A stretch of DNA of 64,000 nt from an uncultured Nitrososphaerota archaeon (GTDB lineage Archaea > Thermoproteota > Nitrososphaeria > Nitrososphaerales > Gagatemarchaeaceae): the NCBI GenBank assembly GCA_963703285.1, contig OY969807.1, positions 1,920,001 to 1,984,000 of the forward strand. The letters run 5' to 3'. Below, piece by piece: positions 29,459 through 38,830 of the stretch. Numbering within the stretch: the first letter of the stretch is position 1; every line of letters begins with the position of its first letter. A program made the translations under genes and the position numbers. The notes beneath the pieces were generated by a model, which saw only the letters and a program-made list of their open reading frames with translations, made no database searches and was not told where the DNA came from.

Positions 29459-29729
29459 GGGCGGACCCGTGACGGTCTATCTGTGCTACAAGGACTTCCC
29501 GAGGGAGTTCATGATGTTCAAGCTAGTCGGGACGACGCCGGAGGCCTTCGAGAAGTACTCTCTCGAGCTCGCCCGCGAGAACGGAGTCGACCCTTCGAGC
29601 ACGCACTTCGAGCGCCTCGACGGGATGACGAGCCGACAGGTCGAGGACCTGATACGCGAACTGGGCCTGATAACGGCGCAGAACGAGGGTGAGGTCCTGA
29701 AGGACATAGGGGCCCTCGGCCTGCCCTAG
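29451..29729 (+). CDS. Hypothetical protein overlapping the acyl-CoA dehydrogenase stop
   Basis: ATG overlaps the upstream gene by 8 nt; genome-typical codon bias. Confidence 0.65.
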   Translation: MPEGGPVTVYLCYKDFPREFMMFKLVGTTPEAFEKYSLELARENGVDPSSTHFERLDGMTSRQVEDLIRELGLITAQNEGEVLKDIGALGLP

Positions 29730-29753
29730 GCCCCAAGGACGGTGTCGCCCCGC

Positions 29754-30173
29754 CTACTTCTTTGTGTTGAGGAGCTCTTCCTTCGTCTTCCTCGCCCTCT
29801 CCAGAAGTATGTCTGTGGCAGCCTCGAGAAGCTTGCACTTGTTCTTCTCCGCCAGGAGCGCGCTCTCGAGTTCCTCGACCTTGCTCACCGCGCTGTCAAG
29901 GTCACGGCTTATCTGCCCCAGGGGCACGTAGTCCACCCTGCGCGGCATCGACGAGAAAAGTTCCCTTTGGGCGGAGTTGATCTCGCTCATCTTGGCGGTG
30001 TCCGTGGCCGCAAGCCACGACACCTCCCTGGCTGTCTTTATGCTCTCGTAGAGTTGGTTCTGCAGGTCGACGTAGGCGTCCCAGTAGGTCATCCATGACC
30101 TGTTGAACTCTTCGAACACCTTCTCGATTGGGGTGCCGGCCGTGTCCCTTGAATCTGCGGTCAACTGGTTCAA
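29754..30173 (-). CDS. Hypothetical helical/coiled-coil protein
   Basis: Heptad-rich; TTTTAAG box upstream of the TTG. Confidence 0.7.
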   Translation of the reverse strand: MNQLTADSRDTAGTPIEKVFEEFNRSWMTYWDAYVDLQNQLYESIKTAREVSWLAATDTAKMSEINSAQRELFSSMPRRVDYVPLGQISRDLDSAVSKVEELESALLAEKNKCKLLEAATDILLERARKTKEELLNTKK

Positions 30174-30202
30174 CTACCGCTCAGCGACTTAAAAGGTTTG
30201 GA

Positions 30203-30217
30203 AGACCCCGGCGACCA
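30203..30217. repeat. Left target-site duplication AGACCCCGGCGACCA
   Basis: Identical copy at 31260-31274. Confidence 0.9.
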
Positions 30218-31259
30218 TCTGTTATCCTGAAATTGGTTCACCCCCTTGCCATCAAGATTAGAGCGAGGTGGGTATGGAACAGGGGAAGACGCTTCTACGT
30301 CTACATGAAGCTCGATCCCATCAAAGTAGCGTGGATCGTCAGGCAGAAGGAGGACGGGATGAGGAACTCCGCGATAGCGAGCTCGATGGGGGTCTCGGTG
30401 AGGAGGGTCCAGGAGCTCTACGCGTCCTATCGCACGACAGGTGCGATACCAGAGCTGAAGAGGCCGGGAAGGAAGCGCGTCGAGGCGACTGAACAAGAGT
30501 CGAAGGTCGTCGCAGAGGCCTACGCAAGGCACAGGGCGGGAGCGGTCGTCCTCGAGCGCGTCATCGAGGTTAACTACGCGACGCACATACCTCACAACCG
30601 CATCCACAGGGTGATGAGGTCGATGGGACTCGCGAGGGACGAACCGAGGAAGCAGAGGAGGAGGAAGTGGGTACGATACGAGAGGAAGTACTCGAACTCG
30701 CTCTGGCACACGGACTGGACCCTCATCGAGGGTATGGGATGGCTCATCGCATACCTTGACGATGCCTCAAGGTTCATCGTCGGGTACGGGTTGTTCCCCG
30801 AGGCGACGTCGGAGCACGCCGTGGAGGTGCTGAAGGAAGCCATCAAGAAGCACGGGAAGCCCGCCTCGATCCTCACGGACAGGGGAATACAGTTCTACGC
30901 CGTGGAGGCTGGCGACAGGCTGAGGGGGCTGACGGCGTTCGAGAAGTACCTCATCGAGAGCGAGATCAGGCAGGTCCTATCGAGGGTGTCACACCCGCAG
31001 ACCAACGGGAAGGTGGAACGTTTCTTCAGGACGGTCAAGGACAAGCGCCGATTCTTCGGCAGCATCGACGAGCTGATGGAGTGGTACAACGTGACGAGAC
31101 CGCACATGTCGCTGAACCTGGACGTCATCGAGACCCCTTACCAGGCATACCTGAGGAAGATGCCCGACAAGGAAGGGATGGTGACGGACGAGGAATCGGG
31201 AGAGACATACCATGCCCAGAAGAGCTAAGAAAGGGGCGAACTCATTTCGGGATAGCACA
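30218..31259 (+). mobile_element. IS481-family (ISA0963-like) insertion sequence, 1042 bp
   Basis: Imperfect terminal IRs TCTGTTATCCTGAAATTGGTTC / TGTGCTATCCCGAAATGAGTTC (17/22), flanked by a 15-bp direct repeat. Confidence 0.9.
30305..31228 (+). CDS. DDE transposase (rve domain) with N-terminal HTH
   Basis: WHTDW, YLDDASR, LTDRG, HPQTNGKVERF. Confidence 0.93.
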   Translation: MKLDPIKVAWIVRQKEDGMRNSAIASSMGVSVRRVQELYASYRTTGAIPELKRPGRKRVEATEQESKVVAEAYARHRAGAVVLERVIEVNYATHIPHNRIHRVMRSMGLARDEPRKQRRRKWVRYERKYSNSLWHTDWTLIEGMGWLIAYLDDASRFIVGYGLFPEATSEHAVEVLKEAIKKHGKPASILTDRGIQFYAVEAGDRLRGLTAFEKYLIESEIRQVLSRVSHPQTNGKVERFFRTVKDKRRFFGSIDELMEWYNVTRPHMSLNLDVIETPYQAYLRKMPDKEGMVTDEESGETYHAQKS

Positions 31260-31274
31260 AGACCCCGGCGACCA
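31260..31274. repeat. Right target-site duplication AGACCCCGGCGACCA
   Basis: Identical copy at 30203-30217. Confidence 0.9.
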
Positions 31275-31325
31275 AGCCGAGGTCTCACGTACTGGAGGTA
31301 GATGCCTCGATCTGGCGCGCGTCGC

Positions 31326-32093
31326 TCACACGAGAGCTCCTCGGCTCTTCAGGTACATCTGGATGCCTTCGGCGGCGACGTAGGCGGTGCAGCCTGCCAT
31401 GTGCGTCCCGGCGGTGACGTTGTCGCCCGTCGTGTTCGTGATCTCTCCACCTGCGAACACGTTGAGCGGGTTGTTCCACACCTGGTGGTACTTGTTCAGC
31501 ACCGAGGTGCTCGAGTCCGTTCCAATCCTCATCCCACCTCTGTGATGGGGCTCGTAAGACTCAAGGTGCAGTGTACCGGGGGGCACGCCCTTGCTCGTGG
31601 TTATGTTCGACGCGCCCATCTTCTGGAGCATGGCCGTCGCCTGCGGCAGGAGGTCCAGCGCGCCGTTATAGGGGTTCGCGGTCCAGTCGAGGGTAATCCT
31701 CACGAGGGGGTCGCCGTAGATGTCGTTGTAGTGCGGGTCGAGGTCAACGTTCCATCTCGTGTCCGGAAGCTCTGGCGCGGACGGCGTGAACGACACGGCC
31801 TGGCTCTTCAGCAGGTAGTACCCTTTGAGGGCGCCCTTGTACGCGCTGCCCATGGCGGCAGATGATACGCCTCCCGCCAGGATCGTGACGTTACTAGGCC
31901 CCCCGCCAGGGTAGCCTCCCGGCCCTTCCTCTGCGAGACCACCCCAGCCGCCGATGTAGTTCTTACCCGTGTGGCTGTAGTTGTCATCGGCGAGGTCGTA
32001 CATCGAAGCGGCGCCGCCTGATGCATTCCCTGCCGGGTAGGCGTTTCCTCCGATGTTGAAGGTCCCGCTCACGGTCGGCTGGCCTCGAGACAT
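31326..32093 (-). pseudogene. C-terminal fragment of a GMC flavoprotein (gluconate 2-dehydrogenase-like)
   Basis: LDPHYNDIYGDPLVRIT, HHRGGMRIG..TSVLNKYHQVW..NVF; no FAD-binding N-terminus, in-frame TGA just upstream. Confidence 0.7.
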
Positions 32094-32251
32094 GGTTCAA
32101 CATCTCTGACGCCCGGTCTGAATAGATTCAGAGGCGCTCTGGATTAATTCGCTGTAGAGAATTCAAATCCGTCTAACGGAAGTACACTCGCCGAAGCTCA
32201 CCGGCCCCACCACAGGCCCCGAACTCGCACTAGGTGAATCTCCTAGATGAG

Positions 32252-32375
32252 CGCCCTGGCCGGGAATTTCGTCGATGTGACTCGATTTCGAACCCGGGTC
32301 ATCGCGGCTCCACGGAGAAGAGGATGCCTCGTCTCCTTGACAGCGCGACATACTGGGCCTCTATACTACCAGGGC
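32252..32375 (-). tRNA. tRNA-Asp(GTC) with two introns: 30 nt at 37/38 (32308-32337) and 21 nt at 59/60 (32266-32286)
   Basis: GCCCTGG/CCAGGGC acceptor, TCGCG/CGCGA anticodon stem, CCGGG/CCCGG T-stem; both introns form BHBs; 73-nt mature product; TTTAATA box upstream. Confidence 0.92.
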
Positions 32376-32551
32376 TGCTCACACCCACGAAAGTTGTCCG
32401 TATTAAAGGCTAAACTCGCACTTGATGACTGGCGGTCGGATGGGTCCCGACTCCCACCGCCGACGGCGGACACCAAATTCACGTGGAGCCATATTCTTCA
32501 CTTGTACTAACCTTATCTTTCGGGAGACCGGAAATCAGGTAGGCGTCGAAG

Positions 32552-33100
32552 GTGAATCCTCTGTCAGAGTCGGGCGCGGCGAGCCTCACATGGGAGGAAA
32601 GGGGGAAACTGGAGTACCAACTGATGGCTGGGGACAAGGTGGTGGCGAAGCTAAGGCGAGCGAAGGGCCGTCAAAGACTCGCAACCGGAGAATCCGGGGA
32701 GGGCACCTGGACCTTCAAGAGTAGGGATTCTCTTCCGCCCAGAATCACGGTTCACGCGCCAAGTTCGACGGTTAGCTCCGCGACGCTGACCATGGGGTGG
32801 AGGGGAAAGGGCGTGATCGTCTTACCGAGCGGACGGACGTTCCGCCTGGCCCCGAAGGGCTTCTGGCGCTCCGAGTGGATCCTAGCCGACCGCGACCAGA
32901 ACAGGCTGCTGTCAACGAGGCCCAACTCCGCCTGGGGAAGCGTCGGAGCGTCCGTCGAGGTGGAAAATGGCGCCCTAGCTCTCCCAGAGCTGCCTCTCCT
33001 TGCGATCCTGTGCTGGTACGCCATCCTCCAGGTGTCCTACGAAAGCAGCGAGAAGGACAGCGCAGTGGCCGCATCGATGGTTGCGAGCGGGGCGAACTAG
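32552..33100 (+). CDS. Conserved hypothetical protein (beta-rich)
   Basis: Clean ORF with a protein-like pattern; CTTATC box upstream. Confidence 0.6.
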   Translation: MNPLSESGAASLTWEERGKLEYQLMAGDKVVAKLRRAKGRQRLATGESGEGTWTFKSRDSLPPRITVHAPSSTVSSATLTMGWRGKGVIVLPSGRTFRLAPKGFWRSEWILADRDQNRLLSTRPNSAWGSVGASVEVENGALALPELPLLAILCWYAILQVSYESSEKDSAVAASMVASGAN

Positions 33101-33238
33101 ACCGCCCATCTTCCCCGTGACCTGCGAACTGTAACAATCGCACAATCAACTCGCCCGAGCCCCGAGTCGGTCCGTCTTGGACCGCGATGATGCGAACAGA
33201 TCGCGGCAGACAACCTGACGAGGAAGTCTGGTGATGTG

Positions 33239-33766
33239 TCAGACCGTCGCCGGGGGGCCGGCGGGAATCGCCGTGTCCAGTTCTTCCTCCGTCTCGCCTG
33301 CGTGCGTGATGTCTTTCCAGAACAGGAAGTACGTGACTATGACGAAGTCGATGAGGATGGCGAAGTGCATGATCGTACAGTAGACGCAGATCGCCTTCAG
33401 CACGAAGAACTCGATCGTAACGAGGTAGGGCACGATCACGAGGCCGAGGAACCTCCAGACGAAGAGGACGTTGAACGCCCTCTTGAAGAGCGATTCGCTC
33501 CCGAACGCCACCGCGAAGACTAGCGCCAGGTTGACGAAGAAGTACGCTATCGCCAGAAGGTCCAGGTTGATGCCGAACACCTTGTTGTAATGGCTAGACA
33601 GCACCGTGTTGCAGTCGACGGCGACGCCGAGGATCTTGTACGGCAAAACGCAATCGGGTAACGTCTGGTGCAGCGTGTCGTAGATGTAGAAGACGAACGA
33701 GGAAGCCGCTATGCCGACCAGCGACATCACGATTAGGACTAGGAACTTGCCGCGGCTGATTCTCAT
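33239..33766 (-). CDS. Vitamin K epoxide reductase (VKOR) family protein
   Basis: Loop Cys pair, CNTVLSS, ICVYC (CxxC), four TM helices. Confidence 0.88.
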   Translation of the reverse strand: MRISRGKFLVLIVMSLVGIAASSFVFYIYDTLHQTLPDCVLPYKILGVAVDCNTVLSSHYNKVFGINLDLLAIAYFFVNLALVFAVAFGSESLFKRAFNVLFVWRFLGLVIVPYLVTIEFFVLKAICVYCTIMHFAILIDFVIVTYFLFWKDITHAGETEEELDTAIPAGPPATV

Positions 33767-33897
33767 CTTCCAGGCTCCCGGACGACCCGGGTCCAAATGG
33801 CCCGCTTATATGGGAGTGCGTGCGGAATCGCTCTCTGGCCCTCAGGCGTCGGTTCTCAAAAATGAGAAAGGGGCGTCATCCTTAAGAGAAGCTAGAA

Positions 33898-34392
33898 GTG
33901 CCGCTGCGCGCGTCGATGAGCACCGGCGCATACTTGGTCTATGCCACCGTCGTCTCGATCTTTGCCGTCTTCATCTGGGGCGCTTTTCTCTCCGCGAGCG
34001 GCTACGGCGCCGCGTGCGGTCTCGGTGGCTCCTTCATAAGCAGCAGCTGGCCGTTCTGCAACGGAAGCCTCGGATTTCCTTCAAGCTGGCCCGCGCAGGT
34101 GGAGTACATACACAGGTCGCTCAGCGTCCTGGCCACGGTCCTCTTGCTGGGCAGCAACTTGGCGGTCTGGCGCATGAAGCCCAGGCCCATCGCAACAGCC
34201 CGCATCCTGCTTCTGGCCCTCGCACTGCTCGGCGTCGAGATGGTTCTGGGCGGGATAGTAATCCATACGAACCTCAACGTCGCGATCGGGACGCTCAGCC
34301 TGACCACGGCGACGACCGTCCTCGCGCTCCTGGTAGTGGCAGGAGACCGCATGTACATGCTCGAGAGGAAAATCCCAGTAATCGCACCCTAG
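33898..34392 (+). CDS. Short (4-TM) COX15/CtaA heme A synthase-like protein
   Basis: GAAC..SWPFCNG, EYIHR. Confidence 0.8.
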   Translation: MPLRASMSTGAYLVYATVVSIFAVFIWGAFLSASGYGAACGLGGSFISSSWPFCNGSLGFPSSWPAQVEYIHRSLSVLATVLLLGSNLAVWRMKPRPIATARILLLALALLGVEMVLGGIVIHTNLNVAIGTLSLTTATTVLALLVVAGDRMYMLERKIPVIAP

Positions 34393-34434
34393 GACCGGAC
34401 GGCGTTCTCGCGCTGGAGGTAAGCAGGAAGGTCG

Positions 34435-35516
34435 CTAGCCGTCGGAGATGATGACGGCGGAGATGCCCGTGTTGACCACAAAGAGCTCGCCCATGGCCGG
34501 ATCGTAGGAGATTCCGAGGGGCGTCACCCCCACCGTCACGTTCGCGGTGATTGTGTTCGTGCTGGCGGAGACCACCGATACGGTATCGCTACCGTAGTTC
34601 GAGACAAACACCTCACCCGTGCCGGAGTCATATGCTATTCCAAACGGGAGGCTGAACCCGGCTATGGTCGCCACCACCTCGTTCGTGCTGTCGGATATCA
34701 CCGAGACGGTGCCGGACTCGAAGTTCGCGGAAAAGACCTCGCCCTTCGCAGTGTCGTAGGCGATGCCATAGGGCGCGTCCCCGACCGTCACGTTCGCGAT
34801 GACCGCGTTAGTGCTGTCGGATATGACGGAGACCGTGTTGGCGTAGGGTGCGGTGCGCCAATGGCTGACGCCAACGAAGACCTCGCCCATCGTCGAGTCG
34901 TAGGCCAAGTAGATCGGCTCGCTTCCCACCCTTATCGTCGCGACGACGGCGTCGGTCTTGTCCGAGATGACGGAGACGGTGTTGTTGTCAGAATTGGCGA
35001 CGTACACCTCGCCCTTGGCAGTGTCGTAGGCGAGACCCAGGGGGCCAACTCCTACGGGCACGGTTGCAACGACGGCATTGCTGACGTCCGATATCACTGA
35101 GACGGTGTCGGAGGCCTGGTTTGCCACAAACACCTCGCCCGGGCAGAATCGTAGACCGCGCCATAGGGATCACCACCCACGTTCACGGTCGCTACCACCT
35201 CGTCGGTAGTGTCGGATATGACGGAGACCGAGGAGGCGCCATAGTGCGTCACAAAGACCTCCCCTTTGGACGAGTCGTAGGCGGCATTGTAGGAGAACCC
35301 TCCGTCTGCCGCTGTTGTCAGCGCGAAGGACTGGGAAGCCGACGTGCTCGACGAGGTCGAGGTCTGACTCGTGGTGCTGGAAGGGGCGCTCGACCTTGCC
35401 AGGTCGTTCACGGCGTAGTAGGTGGTGGTTGTGGTGCTCACCGTGACCAGGATCACGATAATGATGAGCATCGAGCTGGTCGTCATGTACGGAGTGGACG
35501 AGCGGTCCTTCGACAT
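34435..35516 (-). pseudogene. YVTN beta-propeller repeat surface protein, frameshifted near 35140
   Basis: Repeats of YDxxxGEVFV..TVSVISDxTNxVVAT span ORFs 35094..35546 and 34435..35133; one G is missing in GCCCGGGCGAG. Confidence 0.8.
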
Positions 35517-35690
35517 GATTGTGTCTAATTCCGTTCCCGGGAGCACCGCCCGACCCCTGTTTATGAGACTTTAGCCGGAGACGCCAAGGTCGACCAATCG
35601 GCCGTCCGGGCTTCGACCATGCGATGCGCTCCGCACTCGCGAGGTGAAGGCTCCTCAGTCTTATATAATGCCGTCGAAGCCGCTCGTCTC

Positions 35691-36164
35691 ATGCCATCCT
35701 TGGAAAAGGGTATCGAGATTGCCGCGCCGCCGGAAGTCGTCTGGAGCATCGTTGCTGATCCCTCCTTCGTGCCGAAGACGTACCCCCACGTCATCTCGGT
35801 AAGCCCAGGTCACTCGCGCATCGCGACCGTAGGGAAGAGCGTGACGATCACGGCTAAGATTGCGGGTAGGAAGATGCAGGCCTCGCTTGTGGCGACCGAA
35901 GTGATCCCTAACGCGAAGTTCTCCTACAAGCATCTTCCAGACGGGTTCCTAGACAAGTACCTGTGTTCCATAGTCCTCGCGCCTTCGAAGAAGGGCACCA
36001 AGTTGACCGAGAGCGTCGAATATGAGGCGCACCCGGGTTATCTCGGCAAGACCGTCAGCGCCCTCGTGGTGCACAGAATCGTCAGGCAGAACGTCCTCGA
36101 GAGTCTGAAGAACGTGAAGGAGATTGCAGAACTCGAGGAGGCACCACCACCCAGGAAGGCCTGA
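35691..36164 (+). CDS. SRPBCC/polyketide cyclase family protein
   Basis: IEIAAPPEVVW, GTKLT, LESLKNVK; TTATATAA box at 35661. Confidence 0.8.
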   Translation: MPSLEKGIEIAAPPEVVWSIVADPSFVPKTYPHVISVSPGHSRIATVGKSVTITAKIAGRKMQASLVATEVIPNAKFSYKHLPDGFLDKYLCSIVLAPSKKGTKLTESVEYEAHPGYLGKTVSALVVHRIVRQNVLESLKNVKEIAELEEAPPPRKA

Positions 36165-36340
36165 ATCTCCCACTCCAGTCGTCAATCCAACCGTCTGGGC
36201 GCGAGCCTCCCGTCCTAGCCCATGTGCGGGGGATCGCCCGGTCCCTTCCACTGATTGGCGAGAGCGCATTTGCAAGGTTCTTAAATGAGAATCCGTCGCG
36301 CAGGTCCAAGGCGACTCTGCATGGTCAGGTTAGAGCGGGT

Positions 36341-37636
36341 TTGAGAGGTTTCCTCGGCGAGCTGGACGAGACGGGAGACCTGAGGCACGTAAGGCGGGAG
36401 GTTTCGGCACGTTACGAGATTGCCGCGGTTGCGCACAAGCTCGATGCACAGCCGCTCCTCTTCGAGAGCGTCAGGGAGTCCAAGGATTACAGGGTGGCGA
36501 TAGGCGTCTGCGGCAGCAGGGCTCTGCTGGCGAGAGCCCTGGGCGTGCCACAGGATCACCTCCTCACAAGGGTCTTGGAGTCGATCGAGAACCCCAAGCC
36601 CTTCAGGACCTCGGACCAGGCACCCTGCCAGGAGGTGGTCGAGGACGACGTCGACCTGCGGAGGGTACCCATACTCACCCACTGCGAGCGGGACGGAGGC
36701 TCCTACACCACGGCCAGCATCGTGGTCGCGAGGGACGCGGAGTTCGGCCTCAACGCCAGCTACCACAGGATGATGGTGATAGGCAAGGACCGCGTAGCGG
36801 CGAGGATCCTGCCCCGGCACCTCGACGAGTTCGTGAAGAGGGGCAACAGGGAGATAGCCATCTCGTTCGGAAACCACCCCGCCTTCCTCTTCGCCGCCGC
36901 GGTCTCCTGCGAGATCGGGAAGAGCGAGCTCGAGATAGCCAACGCGCTAAAGGAGATGACCTTCGCCAGTTGCACGACGAACGACGCTATGGTGCCGGCC
37001 GGCTGCGAGCTCGTGCTGGAGGGGACCATCACGGACGAGATGGTCGACGAGGGTCCCTTCCCCGACATCACGGGCGCCTATGACATCGTCAGGAAGCAGC
37101 GGGTGATCAGGATCAACCGGATAACGCGCAGGAGGGACCCCATCTACCAGGGCATCCTGCCGGGAGCCTCGGAGCACAGGATACTCATGGGCATGCCCCG
37201 CGAGGCGACAATGTTCAGGGAGATCAGCAAGGTCTGCTCCTGCCTGGACGTCCGCCTGACCGCGGGCGGCTCCTCGTGGCTGCACGCCGTCATCAGGATA
37301 AGGAAGGAGAGGGAGGACGACCCGAGGGACGCGCTCGAGGCCGCGTTTCGGGGCCACCCTAGCCTGAAGCACGCCGTCGTCGTGGACGAGGACGTAGACA
37401 TAGACGACCCGAACGCTGTGGAGTGGGCGATCTCCACCAGGGCCCAGCTCGACAGGGGCCTGGTCCTGAAGCCGGACCAGCTCGGCTCGTCCCTCGACCC
37501 TTCCGCGGACCAGGTCACGAGGAAGACCTGCAAGGCGGGCCTGGACGCCACCATCCCCTTCGGGGCGTCGAGGGACCCGTTCGTGAGGGCCAGGATCCCG
37601 CTGGAAGACGGCCTGAGGGTGGAAGACTACCTCTAG
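36341..37636 (+). CDS. UbiD-family decarboxylase (anhydromevalonate phosphate decarboxylase-like)
   Basis: NASYHRM, RHL, EGPFPDITG, VVDEDVDI, SSLDPS. Confidence 0.9.
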   Translation: MRGFLGELDETGDLRHVRREVSARYEIAAVAHKLDAQPLLFESVRESKDYRVAIGVCGSRALLARALGVPQDHLLTRVLESIENPKPFRTSDQAPCQEVVEDDVDLRRVPILTHCERDGGSYTTASIVVARDAEFGLNASYHRMMVIGKDRVAARILPRHLDEFVKRGNREIAISFGNHPAFLFAAAVSCEIGKSELEIANALKEMTFASCTTNDAMVPAGCELVLEGTITDEMVDEGPFPDITGAYDIVRKQRVIRINRITRRRDPIYQGILPGASEHRILMGMPREATMFREISKVCSCLDVRLTAGGSSWLHAVIRIRKEREDDPRDALEAAFRGHPSLKHAVVVDEDVDIDDPNAVEWAISTRAQLDRGLVLKPDQLGSSLDPSADQVTRKTCKAGLDATIPFGASRDPFVRARIPLEDGLRVEDYL

Positions 37637-38830
37637 GTGATGGGGATGCGCCTCACACTAGAGGAGAAGGAGATGCTCTCCGGCCGGGACGGTCGCGCCG
37701 CAAAGAAGAGCATGGAGATTCTGGTCGCGCTGGGGGAGATCTACGGGGCGAAGAGGCTCATCCCCGTCTCGAGCGTCCAGGTCTCGGGCGTCTCCTACAA
37801 GAACCTGGGGGACGCGGGCATAGAGTTCGTGAGGGAGCTGGCCGAGGACGGCAGGGCCCGGGTCAGGACCGCGCTGAACCCCGCCGGGATGGACCTCACC
37901 AACTGGAGGCTCCTGGGAATCGATAGCGACTTCGCCAGCAAGCAGCTCGAGGTGATCGACGCTTACCAGAGGCTCGGGATCGAGATCTCGTGTACCTGCA
38001 CCCCATACCTCGCGGGAAACGAGCCCCGTCTGGGGGAGCACATCGCCTGGGGCGAAAGCTCGGCCGTCGTCTACGCCAACTCGGTCCTGGGCGCAAGGAC
38101 GAACAGGGAGGGGGGTCCGAGCGCACTCGCGGCGAGCATCACCGGAAGGACGCCACTCTACGGGTACCACCTCGACGAGAACAGGGTCGCTACTCTGGTC
38201 GTTGACGTATCCGCGGCCCTCCGTTCGGCGGAGGACTTCTCGGCGATGGGGTACTTCGTCGGCAAGGCTGTCAAGAACGGGGTCCCCTTCTTCCGCGGGA
38301 TAGCTGCGGCCGACCTCGAGGAGTCCAAGGAGCTCTCCGCAGCCCTCGCGAGCTCTGGCGGGGTCGCGATGTTCCACATGGCGAGGGTCACGCCGGAGGC
38401 GTGGGAACCGCCCGAGCGGACCGAGACCATCTCCTTCGGACGGCGGGATCTCGAGGAGACGACGGCCGGTCTGAACGACGAGGGCGACCCGGACTTCGTC
38501 TCGGTAGGGTGTCCCCACTGCTCGCTCGATGAGATAAAGACCATCGCCGCCCTGCTCAGAGGAAAGAAGGTCACCCGTGAGTTCTGGGTGTGCTGCAGCA
38601 GGCAGGTCAAGCACAGGAGCGATGAGTTGGGCTACTCCAAGGTGATCGAGGGGAGCGGGGCGAAGTTCGCCTGCGACACCTGCATGGTCGTGGCCCCGAT
38701 AGAGACGATGGGGTTCAGGGTTGTCGCGACGAACTCGGCCAAGGCCTGCCACTACCTCAGGAACAGCGGGTTCCGGGTGCGGTTCCTCACCCTCCGCAAC
38801 TGCGTCCTGGAGGCGACGAAGTCCGGTTGA
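37637..38830 (+). CDS. Aconitase X large subunit (phosphomevalonate dehydratase-like)
   Basis: GVSYKNLG, CTCTPY, ESSAVVYANSVLGARTNREGG, GCPH, DTCMVV. Confidence 0.92.
   Translation: MMGMRLTLEEKEMLSGRDGRAAKKSMEILVALGEIYGAKRLIPVSSVQVSGVSYKNLGDAGIEFVRELAEDGRARVRTALNPAGMDLTNWRLLGIDSDFASKQLEVIDAYQRLGIEISCTCTPYLAGNEPRLGEHIAWGESSAVVYANSVLGARTNREGGPSALAASITGRTPLYGYHLDENRVATLVVDVSAALRSAEDFSAMGYFVGKAVKNGVPFFRGIAAADLEESKELSAALASSGGVAMFHMARVTPEAWEPPERTETISFGRRDLEETTAGLNDEGDPDFVSVGCPHCSLDEIKTIAALLRGKKVTREFWVCCSRQVKHRSDELGYSKVIEGSGAKFACDTCMVVAPIETMGFRVVATNSAKACHYLRNSGFRVRFLTLRNCVLEATKSG

Noticed and set aside
32163-32510. ORFs 32163..32351 and 32247..32510
   Set aside because: They overlap the tRNA-Asp gene and are spurious
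33185-33236. C/D-box sRNA-like motifs (ATGATGC, CAGA, TGACGA)
   Set aside because: Boxes are degenerate, there is no proper terminal CTGA, and no guide target was identified
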